From Malacoraja senta (lineage: Eukaryota): a stretch of 64,000 bases of DNA. Location: NCBI GenBank assembly GCA_038087875.1, contig CM075993.1, forward strand, positions 12,278,001 through 12,342,000. The letters are read 5' to 3'. Position 1 is the first letter of the stretch. The number at the start of each line of letters is the position of its first letter. Below, piece after piece: positions 26,608 through 37,559 of this stretch. The notes beneath the pieces are model-generated. The model did not search any database, was not told where the DNA came from, and saw only the letters and a program-made list of their open reading frames with translations. The translations under genes and the position numbers were made by a program.

Positions 26608-27211
26608 AGGCTCTGTCTTACCTGTTTGCGGTCATCGGCGGTGAAGCGCGGCGTCGCCGGTAGCGAGGACCGCGCGGCAACGGCGAGAGCGTCAAGCCTA
26701 TCCACCGGAGCGCCGCACGGATGTTGCGCGGGGGCTGAGTTAATTTAAACACGGCGGGTCCCACGTGCTTGCGGTAAGTAAAAAAAGGGCGGGCCGACTG
26801 CGATGACGTCGGCCCGCCGCACGTGACTCACCAGCGGCGGCTGTGGCGGCGGCCATCCTGATCGCGGCGCTGTAGCGGTGGCTGTGACAGCGGCCGTGCA
26901 GCACACGTGCGTCACTGGCGGCGGCACGTGCCTCACTGGCGGAGGCTGTGGCAGTGGAGGTTTGACGCACGGCGCTCGACCCACACTGGCGGCGGCCCGT
27001 GCGAGCGGCCGTGCCGCACTTGTGCATCACTGGTGGAGGTTGTGTGGTGAGTATAGTGTTTTCGACATTGTCGATTTTATTTTAGCACCGCGCGGTGTTG
27101 GGAACACCGCCGCACGGCCCGGGAATTGTACGTTCTCACGAGTGCGCGGTCTATGGCGGCAGATTCTTCCCGTTTCGCCGCCAATGACCGCAGATTCGTG
27201 AGACAGGCCTT
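26608..27211. mobile_element. PIF/Harbinger-type MITE, GC/CpG-rich, in PLE
   Basis: Imperfect TIRs (AGGCTCTGTCTTA..TGCGGTCATCGGCGG / CCGCCAATGACCGCA..TGAGACAGGCCTT). TAA/TTA flanks. Empty site visible at ~62455-62475. Confidence 0.72.
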
Positions 27212-29092
27212 TTACTCTGCAACGACCCAGATTGGGTGATCAAACCTGCCGACAAGGGAGGTGTCGTGGTAGTCTGGCGCGCTGATCTCAGACATCTCTC
27301 CCTACTTATCCTTGGACCATGATCCCACAGATGAGAACCAGGCCATGATCTCTAACATTATCACTGACCATCACTTCCAGCTCTCTTCCCTCCCAAGCCT
27401 CCAACCTCATCGTTCCCCAGCCCGGCATGGCCCAATTTTACCTTCTCCCCAAAATCCACAAACCTGACTGTCCTGGCAGACCCATTGTTTCTGCCTGTTC
27501 TTGTCCCGCCAAACTTATTTCCACATACCTCGACTCCATCCTATCCCGCCTGGTCAAATCCCTTCCTACCTCTGTTCAAGACACCTCACACGCTCTTCGT
27601 CTCCTCCATGACATCCGTTTTCCAGGCCCCCATTCCCTCATCTTCACCATGGATGTTCAGTCACTCTAAACCTCCATCCCCCACCAGAAGGGTCTTAAAG
27701 CCCTCCATTTCTTCCTCGACCACAGAACCAACCAATCCCCGTCTACTGATACTTTCTTCCGCCTAACGGAGCTGGTCCTTACCCTTAACAACTTTTCATT
27801 TGACTCCTCCCATTTCCTCCAAATACAAGGCGTAGCTATGGGCCCAAGCTATGCCTGCCTCTTTGTAGGGTACGTCGAACAATCTTTGTTCGAGGCGTAC
27901 CATGGCCCTATCCCACAACTCTACCTCCGCTGCATCGACGACTCCATTGGTGCTACCTCCTGCACCTCATTCCCATACAGAACTCACTGACTTCATCCAT
28001 TTCACCACAAACTTCCATCCGGCACTCAAATACACCTGGACCATTTCTGACATTTCCCTACCATTTCTAGACCTCATTATCTCCATCGCAGGTGATAGAT
28101 CACTGACCGACATCTACTATAAACCGACTCACTCCCTTGGCTACCTGGACTACACTTCTTCCCACCCTGCTTCATGTAAGGACTCCATCCCCTACTCCCA
28201 ATTCCTCCATCTACGCCGCATCTGCACCCAGGATGAGGTGTTCCAAACCAGGGCATCGGAGATGTCCTCATTCTTCTGGGAATGGGGTTCCCCTCTTCTA
28301 CTATAGATGAGGCTCTCACCAGGGTCTCTTCTATACCCCGTAACTCTGCTCTCACTCGCATGCCCCCACTCGTAACAAGGGCAGAATCTCCCTTGTCCTC
28401 ATCTTCCACCCTACCAGCCGTCACATACAACAAATAATCCTCCGACATTTTTGCCACCTCCAACGGGATCCCACCACTGGCCACATCTTCCCATCTCCTC
28501 CCCTGTCTGCTTTCCGCAGGGGCCGCTACCTCCGTAACTCCCTGGTCAATTCGTCCCTTCCCACGCAAACCACCCCCTCTCCTGACACTTTTTCTTGCAA
28601 CCGCAGGAAATGCTACACTTGTCGCTTTATCTCCCCCCTTCTCCCCATTCAAGGACCCAAGCAGTCTTTCCAGGTGTGGCAGAGGTTCACCTGCACCTCC
28701 TCCAACCTCATCTATTGCATCCGCTGCTCTAGGTGTCAGCTGCTCTTCATCGGTGAGACCAAACAGGCTTGGCGATCGCTTCACCCAACACTTCCGCTCG
28801 GTTCGCAATAACTAACCTGATCTCCCGGTGGCTCAGCACTTTAACTCCCCCTCCCATTCCGAATCTGACCTTTCTGTTCTGGGCCTCCTCAATGGCCAGA
28901 GTGAGGCCCACTGTAAATTGGAGGAGCAGCACCTCATATTTTGATTGGGTAGTTTACACCTCAGCGGTATGAACATTGACCTCTCCAATTTCAGGTAGTC
29001 CCTGCTTTCTCCTTCTTTCCCCTCCCCTTCCCAGCTCTCCCTCAACCCACTGTCTCCGCCTCTTCCTTTCTTATTCCCACCCTCACATCAGT

Positions 29093-29120
29093 CTGAAGAA
29101 GGGTCTCGACCCGAAATGTC
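29093..29120 (+). ncRNA. Minimal hammerhead ribozyme motif at PLE terminus
   Basis: CTGAAGA + A + hairpin GGGTC-TC-GACCC + GAAA + TGTC. Matches the CUGANGA..GAAA core known from Penelope-like element termini. Confidence 0.65.
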
Positions 29121-30436
29121 ACCTATTTCCTTCGCTCCACAGATGCTGCCTCACCTGCTGAGTTTCTCCAGCAGTTTGGTCTACCTTCGATTTTCCAGCT
29201 TCTGCAGTTTCTTCTTAAACATAAAGTCTCATGCCTCTTACAATTGCCTTGGATAGAGCGTATCAGGCCCTGGGGACTTGTCTATCTCAAAACCCTTCAA
29301 GAGACCTAACACCACCATCTTCCTGATCTGAGAACTGCCCGAACATTATTATACCCCACACTGATCTCAATATCTCACATAACCTTCACCTTGGTGAATA
29401 TAGATGCAAAATACTTGTTTAGTATTTGTCTATACCCCATGATTCCAAGCATTAATGTCCTCCTTTAGACGAGTGGTCCAATCCTCTCACTAATTTCCCT
29501 CTTTTTAATATGATTCTCTTTAATTCAACTCGCTAATGGCATTCCTGGCCCTTCTTTCTCCCAGTTTGAGTTCTTTTCTCAAAGGCCCTGCTTCATTTCA
29601 TCTTCCAACACATTACATTTAGTTTATCTTTTTGACGAAATCTGCAACCCCACTCTTCATCCACGATTCCCTTATCTTTCCATCCTTATCCAAGTTCAAG
29701 TTCAAGTGAGTTTATTGCCATGTGTCCCTGATAGGACAATGACATTTTTGCTTTGCTTCAGCACAAGCTTTGATCCATCCTCTTTACTGGAACATGCCGT
29801 TCCTGAACTCTGATCAGCTGGTCGTTAAACAACTCTCACGTGTCAAAGTCAAAGTCAAGTTTATTCGTCACATGCATCAACCAAGGTACAGTGAAATGCC
29901 AGATGCGGACTTACAGCTACTCACAATTTACTCTCTCTTGCTGCTGCATAGTAATGTTGTAATCTGCCCTCCCCGAGTTTAGTATTGCCTCCAAGGCCCA
30001 GATTTATCCTTCGAATCATTGTTATACAGCACAGAAAAAGACGCTTTGACCCGACTCAATTATGCCAATCAAGATGCCCCATCTATACGAGCCCCATTTA
30101 CCAGCATTTGGCCAATATCCCTGTGAACCTTTCCTATCCATGTACCTGTCCAAGTGTTTTTTTTTTAATGCTGTTATAGTAACTGCCTCAACTACCTCCT
30201 ATGGCAGCCCTTTCCATATACCGAACACCCTTTGAGTGAAAATGTCGTAATTTGCGTTCCTACTAAATCTTGGTCCTCTCATCTTAAACCTATGTCCTCT
30301 GGTTCTTGATTAACCTGCCCTGGATAAAAGACTATGTATATTCACCCTATCTATTCTACTCATGACTTTATGCACCTCTATAAATTATCTTTTAGCTTCT
30401 TGCACGCCAACCTCTCCCCATAGCTCAGGCCTTTGC

Positions 30437-32600
30437 GAGGGGGGAAGTGAATACGGAGGTCAAAGTACTGTATATGAATGCGCAAAGTATAAGGAATAAA
30501 GTGGATGAGCTTGAAGCTCAGTTAGAAACTGGCAAGTATGATGTTGTGGGAATTACTGAGACATGGCTGGGAACTGAATATTCAAGGGTATACCCCCTAC
30601 CGCCTAACAGACAGGTGGGCAGAGGGGGTGGGGTTGCCCTGTTGGTGAGGAATGAAATTCAGTCCCTTGCAAGGGGTGACATTGAAACAGCAGATGTGGA
30701 GTCAGTATGGATAGAACTAAGGAATTGTAAGGGTAAAAAGACCCTAATGGGACTAATCTACAGGCCCCCAAACAGTAGCCTGGACATAGGGCGCAAATTG
30801 AATCAGGAATTAAAATTGGCATGTAGTAAAGGTTGTTATGGGAGATTTCAACATGCAGGTAGACTGGGAAAAGCAGATTGGTACTGGATCCCAAGAAAGG
30901 GACTTTGTAGAGTGTCTTTGTGATGGATTCTTTGAACAGCTTGTATTGGAGCCTACCAAGGAGAAGGCAATTCTGGATTTAGTGTTATGTAATGAACCTT
31001 TGATAAAGGACCTCGATGTTAATGAGCCATTAGGAGGCAGTGACCATAACATGGTCAAGTTTAATCTACAATTGGAGAGGGAGAAGAGTAGATCGGAGGT
31101 GTCAGTGTTGCAGTTGAATAAAGGGGACTATGGGGCCATGAGGGAGGAGCTGGCCAAAGTTGACTGGAAAGATACCCTAGCAGGGATGACAGTGGAACAA
31201 AAATGGCAGGTGTTTCTAGGAATAATACAGAAGGTGCAGGATCAGTTCATTCCTAGGAGGTAGAAAGATTCCAAGGGGAGAAAGGGACGACCATGGCTGA
31301 CAAGGGACGTCAGGAACAGTATAAAAACAGTTTAAAAACAGTAACAGGATCGGTCCGAGTCAGCATGGATTTACTAAGGGGAAATTACGCTTGACTAATC
31401 TTCTGGATTTTTTGAAGATGTAATTAGGAAAAGGGAGTTCCAGTGGATGTAGTGTACCTGCACTTTCAGAAAGCATTTTATAAGGTCCCACATAGGAGAT
31501 TAGTGGGCAAAATTAGGGCACATGGTATTGGAGGTAGAGAGCTGACATGGATAGAGAAGTGGTTGGCAGATAGGAAACAAAGAGTAGGGATTAACGGGTG
31601 GGGTAGTGACTAGTGGGGTAGTCACTACCCCACCCGTTCATGATTTGGATGAAGGGATTCAAAGTAACATTAGCAAATTTGCAGATGACACAAAGCTGGG
31701 TGGCAGTGTGAACTGTGAGGAGGATGCTAGGAGAATGCAGGGTGACTTGGACAGGTTGGGGGAGTGGGCAGATGCATGGCAGATGAAGTTTAATGCGGAT
31801 AAATGTGAGGTTATCCACTTTGGTAGCAAAAACAGGAAGGCAGATTACTATCTAAATGGCGTCAAGTTGGGAAAAGGGGAAGTACAACGGGATCTGGGGG
31901 TCCTTGTACATCAGTCTATGAAATTAAGCATGCAGTTACAGCATGCAGTGAAGAAAGCGAATGGCATGTTGGCCTTTATAACAAGAGAAATCGAATATAG
32001 GAGCAAAGAGGTCCTGCTGCAGTTGTACAGAGCCCTAGTGAGACCACGCCTGGAGTTTTGTGTGCAGTTTTGGTCCCCTAGTTTGAGGAAGGACATTCTT
32101 GCTATTGAGGGAGTGCAGCGTAGGTTTACAAGGTTAATTCCCGGGATGGCGGGACTGTCATATGCTGAGAGAATGGAGCAGCTGGGCTTGTACACTCTGG
32201 AGTTTAGAAGGATGAGAGGGCATCTCATTGAAACATATAAGATTGTTAAGGGCTTGGACACACTAGAGGCAGGAAACATGTTCCCGATGTTGGGGGAGTC
32301 CAGAACCAGGGACCACAGGTTAAGAATAAGGAGTAAGCCATTTAGAACAGAGACGAGGAAACACTTTTTCTCACAGATAGTGGTGAGTCTGTGGAATTCT
32401 CTGCCTCAGAGGGCGGTGGAGGCAGGTTCTCTGGATGCTTTCAAGAGAGAGCTAGATAGGGCTCTTAAAAATAGCGGAGTCAGGGGATATGGGGAGACAG
32501 CTGGAACGGGGTACTGATTGGGGATGATCAGCCGTGATCACATTGAATGGCTCGAAGGGCCGAATGGCCTACTCCTGCACCTATTGTTTATGGTCTATTG
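30437..32600 (+). mobile_element. CR1 LINE with endonuclease and RT, internal deletion near 31340
   Basis: LYMNAQSIRNK, GITETWL, IYRPP, MGDFN, GSDHN, FADD and LVRPRLEFCVQFWSP, plus 3' tail. Confidence 0.92.
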
Positions 32601-32779
32601 CCTTTGAGCCCTGGCAACATCCTCATAAATCTTCTCTGCATTTTTTCCAGCTTAATGACATCCTTCCTATACCAGGATGACCAAAACTGAATACAATACA
32701 TCAAATGTTGCCCACCATCTTGTACAACTATCTTAAAAATGACAGGGTCCATCTTGTATTCTGAAAATTAAGAGGTACA

Positions 32780-33828
32780 TTCGACTAAGTGGGACCCGTT
32801 GGGTCCCAGTCACAGGGGGAGGCCTGGTCCCCCAATGCAATCCATTCCCCAACGCAATATTCCACCACTCACTCGTTCCCCCAACACACCCGTTACTCTA
32901 ATGCAGTATTCCACCACTCACCCATAGGCCCTTTCTGTGCAGGTGCGGCTCATTTCCCCTCATCCCCCAACACTCCCTCCCCCTCTTCATGTGTAGGAGG
33001 GAAGTGGTGGGGAGGACAGGAGGGACGGGGGTGTGGGGAGGGTGTGTGTGTGTGGGCAGGGGAGTGTAGGAGGGGGAGAGGGTGGTGTGAGGGGAGTGGG
33101 GGTGGGGGGGGGTGGGGGTGGGAAAGGGTTGTGGGTTGGGGTTGTGGGGGGGGGTTGGGGTTGTGGGGTCGAGGCGTTGTAGGGGGGAGGGGTTGTGGGG
33201 GGTGGGGTGCGAGGGGAGGGGTTGAGAGGGGAGGAGGTTGTGGGGGGAGAGGTAATGGGAGGGAGGGGTTGTGGGGGGAAGGTGTGCGGGTGGGGAGGGG
33301 TTGTGGTGGTGGGGAGGGGTTGTGGGGGTGGGGAGGGGTTGTGGGGGGGGGGTTGGGGTTGTGGGGGGAGGGGTTGTGGGGGGGAAGGGTTGTGGGGGGA
33401 GGGGTTGTGGGGGAGGAGTGGTTGCGTGGGGGAGCTCTCGGGCTGGGCGGCTCTTGGGCTGGGTGGCTCTCAGGCTGGGCGGCTCTCAGGCTGGGCGGCT
33501 GGGGGGCTGGGCTCACTCACTCACGGCTTCTGGACTCAGCCCCGCCTACAGGGTTTTATTCTCCTTGCCCCGGTGCTTGACAGTAGGTGCCGGAAGGGGC
33601 GTTACCTTCATGGTGACGGACAGGCAACCAATCTGCTGATCTCACGATATTTAAACCTTCATAACTTTTGTAATATTCCACCGATTGGAACAAAACTTGG
33701 TGCGCTTGGAGCAGAGGAGAAAGATGAGTAAGATGGCGAAAAGATCCTGGATATATGATACCGTTTTTGTGCAAATTTAAAAACAGTGCAAACCGGAAGA
33801 GGACAAGATGAGATAGTAATAGTATAGA
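32780..33828 (-). mobile_element. Non-autonomous Helitron
   Basis: Minus strand begins A^TCTATACTATTACT. 3' end has the 8-bp hairpin TGGGACCC-AAC-GGGTCCCA (32790-32808), 10 nt from a CTRR-like end (CGAA^T). No TSD; inserted in an AT dinucleotide. Confidence 0.65.
32995..33510. repeat. G-rich minisatellite (GGGGTTGTGG-like) followed by GGCTCTCAGGCTGGGC repeats
   Basis: Visible degenerate tandem arrays inside the Helitron. Confidence 0.85.
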
Positions 33829-33926
33829 TGATTCAAACATCATTATGCTTTGTAGTTCAGTCCATTATTAGAATTATTTTATTGAAAATAAGACGGTATA
33901 AAAACAATGCCTTGCTAATTTATTAA

Positions 33927-34728
33927 CATAGAAACATTAAAAATAGGTGCAGGAGGAGGCCATTCGGCCCTTCGAGTCAGCACCGCCATTCATTGCGATC
34001 ATGGCTGATCATCCAGAATCAGTAACCCATGCCTGCCTTCTCCCCCTACCCCTTGATTCTGCTAGCCACAAGAGCTCTATCTAACACTCTTTTAAATGCA
34101 TCCAGTGAATTGGCCTCCACTACCTTCTATGGCAGAGAATCCCACAAATTCACAACTGTCTGGGTGAGATTTTTTCTCATCTCAGTTTTAAATGGCCTCC
34201 CCTTTATTCTTTGACTGTGGCCCCAGGTTCTGGACTCCCCAACATTGGGAACATTTTTCCTGCATCTAGTTTGTCCAGTCCTTTTATAATTTTATATGTT
34301 TCTATAAGAACCCCTATCATCATTCTAAATTCCAGTGAATACAAGCCTAGTCTTTCCAATCGTTCCTCATATGACAGTCCCGCCATCCCGGAGATTAACC
34401 TCGTGAACCTATGCTGCAGTGCCTCAATAGCCAGGATGTCTTTCCTCAAATTCGGAAACTGCACACAATACTCCAGATGTGGTCTCACCAGGGTCCTGTA
34501 CAACTTAAGAAGGGCCTCTTTACTCCTATACTCAAATCCTTTTGCTATGAAGGCCAACGTGTCATTAGCTTTCTTCACTGCCTGCTGTACCTTTATGTTT
34601 ACTTTCAGTGACTGGTGTACAAGAAGTTGCACTTCTCTTTTTCCTAATCTGACACCATTGAGATAATAATCTACCTCCTTGTTCTTGCCGCCAGAGTGGA
34701 TAACCTCACATTTATCTACATTTATTCT
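33927..34728 (-). mobile_element. 5'-truncated CR1 LINE
   Basis: ORF 34204-34746 has LVRPHLEYCVQF. Tail at ~33927. Confidence 0.88.
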
Positions 34729-35429
34729 GGTGTAGAAGGAGACCATGCCGATTTTCAGCAGAACTATCCCATTATCCCTCCACTTATTTCCATGCGTTGC
34801 TGCAAGCTAACTTCATTAAATGTTCATCCATTGACCGTTTTGCCATTTATCTTTAAATGGTCTTGGTAATAGCTAAATAGTCCATCAGTACACCTTTACG
34901 ATGTGCGAGGAAACTAGAGTAGCCAGTGGAAACTTCCTGGAGAGAATGCATAAACTCCACACAGATAGCACCAGGAGTTACGATTGAAACCGTGTCTCCT
35001 GTCTGTGCCACACAGTTTTTCACAAGTGTTGCATCTCAGCGCCAAAAAATTACCTTTGAAATAAAGGAAATTGTAACCTCCACAAAGAGCAATGAGGTAA
35101 AAGAATATGTAATCTGTTTGTAGTTGTAGTGAACAGATACCTTTCAGAACCTGAGGGGCATCTTTTTCACACACAGAGTGGTGGGTATAAGGAACGAGGT
35201 GCCGGAGAAGGTAGTTGAGGCAGGTACTAACTAGAACAAAATGTAAAATACATTTGGACATATGCATGGATAGGAAATGTTTAAAGGGATGTGGCCAAAA
35301 GCACAAATGGGAATAGTGTGGATAGGGCACCTTGGACACATTGGCAAGTTGAGCTGCTGAGGGTTTCAGCTACAGGGAGATGTTGGACAGTAGTTGTTTT
35401 CCCTGGAAAGCTAGAGAAGAGTTTGGACC

Positions 35430-35778
35430 TGCTAGAGGCAGGAAACATGTTCCCGATGTTGGGGGAGTCCAGAACCAGGGGCCACAGTTTAAGAATAAGG
35501 AGTAAGCCATTTAGAACGGAGACGAGGAAACACTTTTTCTCACAGAGAGTGGTGAGTCTGTGGAATTCTCTGCCTCAGAGGGCAGTGGAGGCAGGTTCTC
35601 TGGATGCTTTCAAGAGAGAGCTAGATAGGGCTCTTAAAAATGGCAGAGTCAGGGGATATGGGGAGAAGGCAGGAACGGGGTACTAATTGTGGATGATCAG
35701 CCATGATCACATTGAATGGCGGTGCTGGCTCGAAGGGCCAAATGGCCTACTCCTGCACCTATTGTCTATTGTCTATTA
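35430..35778 (+). mobile_element. CR1 3' end
   Basis: FFSQRVVSLWNSLP and (TATTGTC)n tail. Near-identical to 32262-32600. Confidence 0.85.
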
Positions 35779-36525
35779 TGGGGAAACCTGAGAGAAGTAT
35801 ATAAAACTGTGAGAGGTATAGATAGGTTAGACAGTCAGAACCCTTTTTCCAAGATGGAAAACATAAATATTAGAGGCATAGCTTCAAGGTGAGAGGGGCA
35901 ATGTTTAAAGGCGATGTGCAGAGTATATTTGTTACACATGGGGCGGTGAGTGCATGGAACGTGCTGCTGGTTGAGGCAGATACGATAGTGGCATTTAAGT
36001 GACCTTTGGTTAGGCACATGGGTATGCAGGGAATGGAGGGATATGGATTATGTACAGGCAGATTAGAGTTGGCATCATATTGAGCACAGATATTGTGGAC
36101 CAAAGGATATTGTGTTCTCATGCTGTACAGTCTGTGTTCTATGTTCAAGCCCCGTGTTCTGGTAACATTTTTGTGAATCTTTTCAGCACCCTTTCCAGTT
36201 TAGTGACATCCTTCTTTTAGCTGGGTGACCAGAACCACACATACTGTAGTCTTTAGAGAGTTGGAAGGTGAATCGCACAGTGCAAAATGACCTGAGATTT
36301 ATCTATCTAGTTATGTAGTTGGTTCCTTTAACCTTTTTGTGCTTTCCAGAGTGGCATTTTTGAATGCCAAGAGGAGAAGATTAAACTCCTTCTTGTTGCA
36401 GATGCACATTGCTTGCCAAAGTGTAAAGAATATTACCTCATCTGTTTAATCCTTGGTGTTGCCTAAGCTTTTGATTTGCTGTGTTCCTAAGCAAGTTCTC
36501 ATTTCTGCTTCTGGCTTGCTTCAAG

Positions 36526-36716
36526 GTCTGGGGTACGCAGACGTGGAGAACCGAGTGTTGTGTAAACCAGGGACTGTCATGCGAATCGGCAGCATCAGCA
36601 AACCACTGACCATGACAGCCATTGCCAAGCTGTGGGAGAAGGGAAAGCTGGACTTGGATGCTCCTGTGCAGAGATATGTACCAGAATTTCCTGAAAAGAA
36701 ATATGAAGGAGAGAAA
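36526..36716 (+). CDS. LACTB: LACTB internal exon (exon 3 equivalent), 191 bp, with catalytic SxxK motif
   Basis: ttcaag|GT acceptor. Translates GLGYADVENRVLCKPGTVMRIGSISKPLTMTAIAKLWEKGKLDLDAPVQRYVPEFPEKKYEGEK. SISK at 36591-36602. Donor AAA|gtaaga, phase 0. Confidence 0.97.
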
Positions 36717-37559
36717 GTAAGAATGTTTCAAAGACACTGGCATTTTGTCAGTTGTTTGTTAAGTCCACGATACGTTATATATCACGTTTATGGTAGTTTC
36801 ACATGTAGCACTAAATTATTTATGCCATGGAGGTTGCCAATCCATTCTTGTCAGAGATGATGCCTGACCTGCTGAATTACTCCAACAATTTATGTTTTGC
36901 CCGCTCAGCAATGTTGGCTTATTTTGCTTTCGAACAGTTAGCCTTTGCGGTTGCTATTCTCAGATCTCATAATGGCACTTTCCTTCAAACTCCCACTATG
37001 CCTACTTTCAAATGTTGGCATGGCATTGATACAGTATTGTGTTCCGGACAGAAGTCAGGACATAAAATATACAAACTAGTAGAAACAAAGAACAGCAGAT
37101 GCCGGGCTATATCAAAGATAGACATAAGGTGATGGAATAACTCAGCGGGACAGGCAGCATCTCTGGAGAAAAAAGATAGGTGGCGTTTTGGGTCGGGACC
37201 CTTCTTCAGAATCTTGGAGTTTTCAGAGACTAGTTTGGTTCAGCTCTCAACTCATTCCCCATTGGTTGGCTAGCTGGTTTAATGTTATCAGCCTTGGCAT
37301 AGTAATATAGATAGTATTGCTGCTGCCTCACAGCTAGTGAACCCTGGTTTGATCTTGCTCTCTGGTGCTGTCTGTATAGACATTGCATGTTCTACCTGTG
37401 ACTGCATGGATTTCCTCTGGTTTCCTCCCACACCTCAAAGATGCGCAGGATGGCGTATGTCTGTGGCGACATGTTGCCAGCAGCACAGCAGAAAATCATC
37501 AAATATTGTAGTTCTCAGCTTACTTGTATAAAAGAAACAGCAGAAGCCAGCGCTGTAAC

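Larger units (their letters stand above)
25430..29222 (+). mobile_element. Penelope-like element (Neptune-type), near full length, decayed
   Basis: LSRGLTFVP, KPADKGG, FYLLPKIHK..PGRPIVS, MDVQSL, GVAMG, LPFLDL. Cys linker CNRRKCYTC. GIY-YIG-like NLIYCIRC..FIGET. Terminal region carries a hammerhead motif. Confidence 0.92.

Noticed and set aside
32789..33731. Long Gly-rich and Pro-rich ORFs
   Set aside because: By-products of a stop-free G-rich minisatellite in several frames and on both strands.
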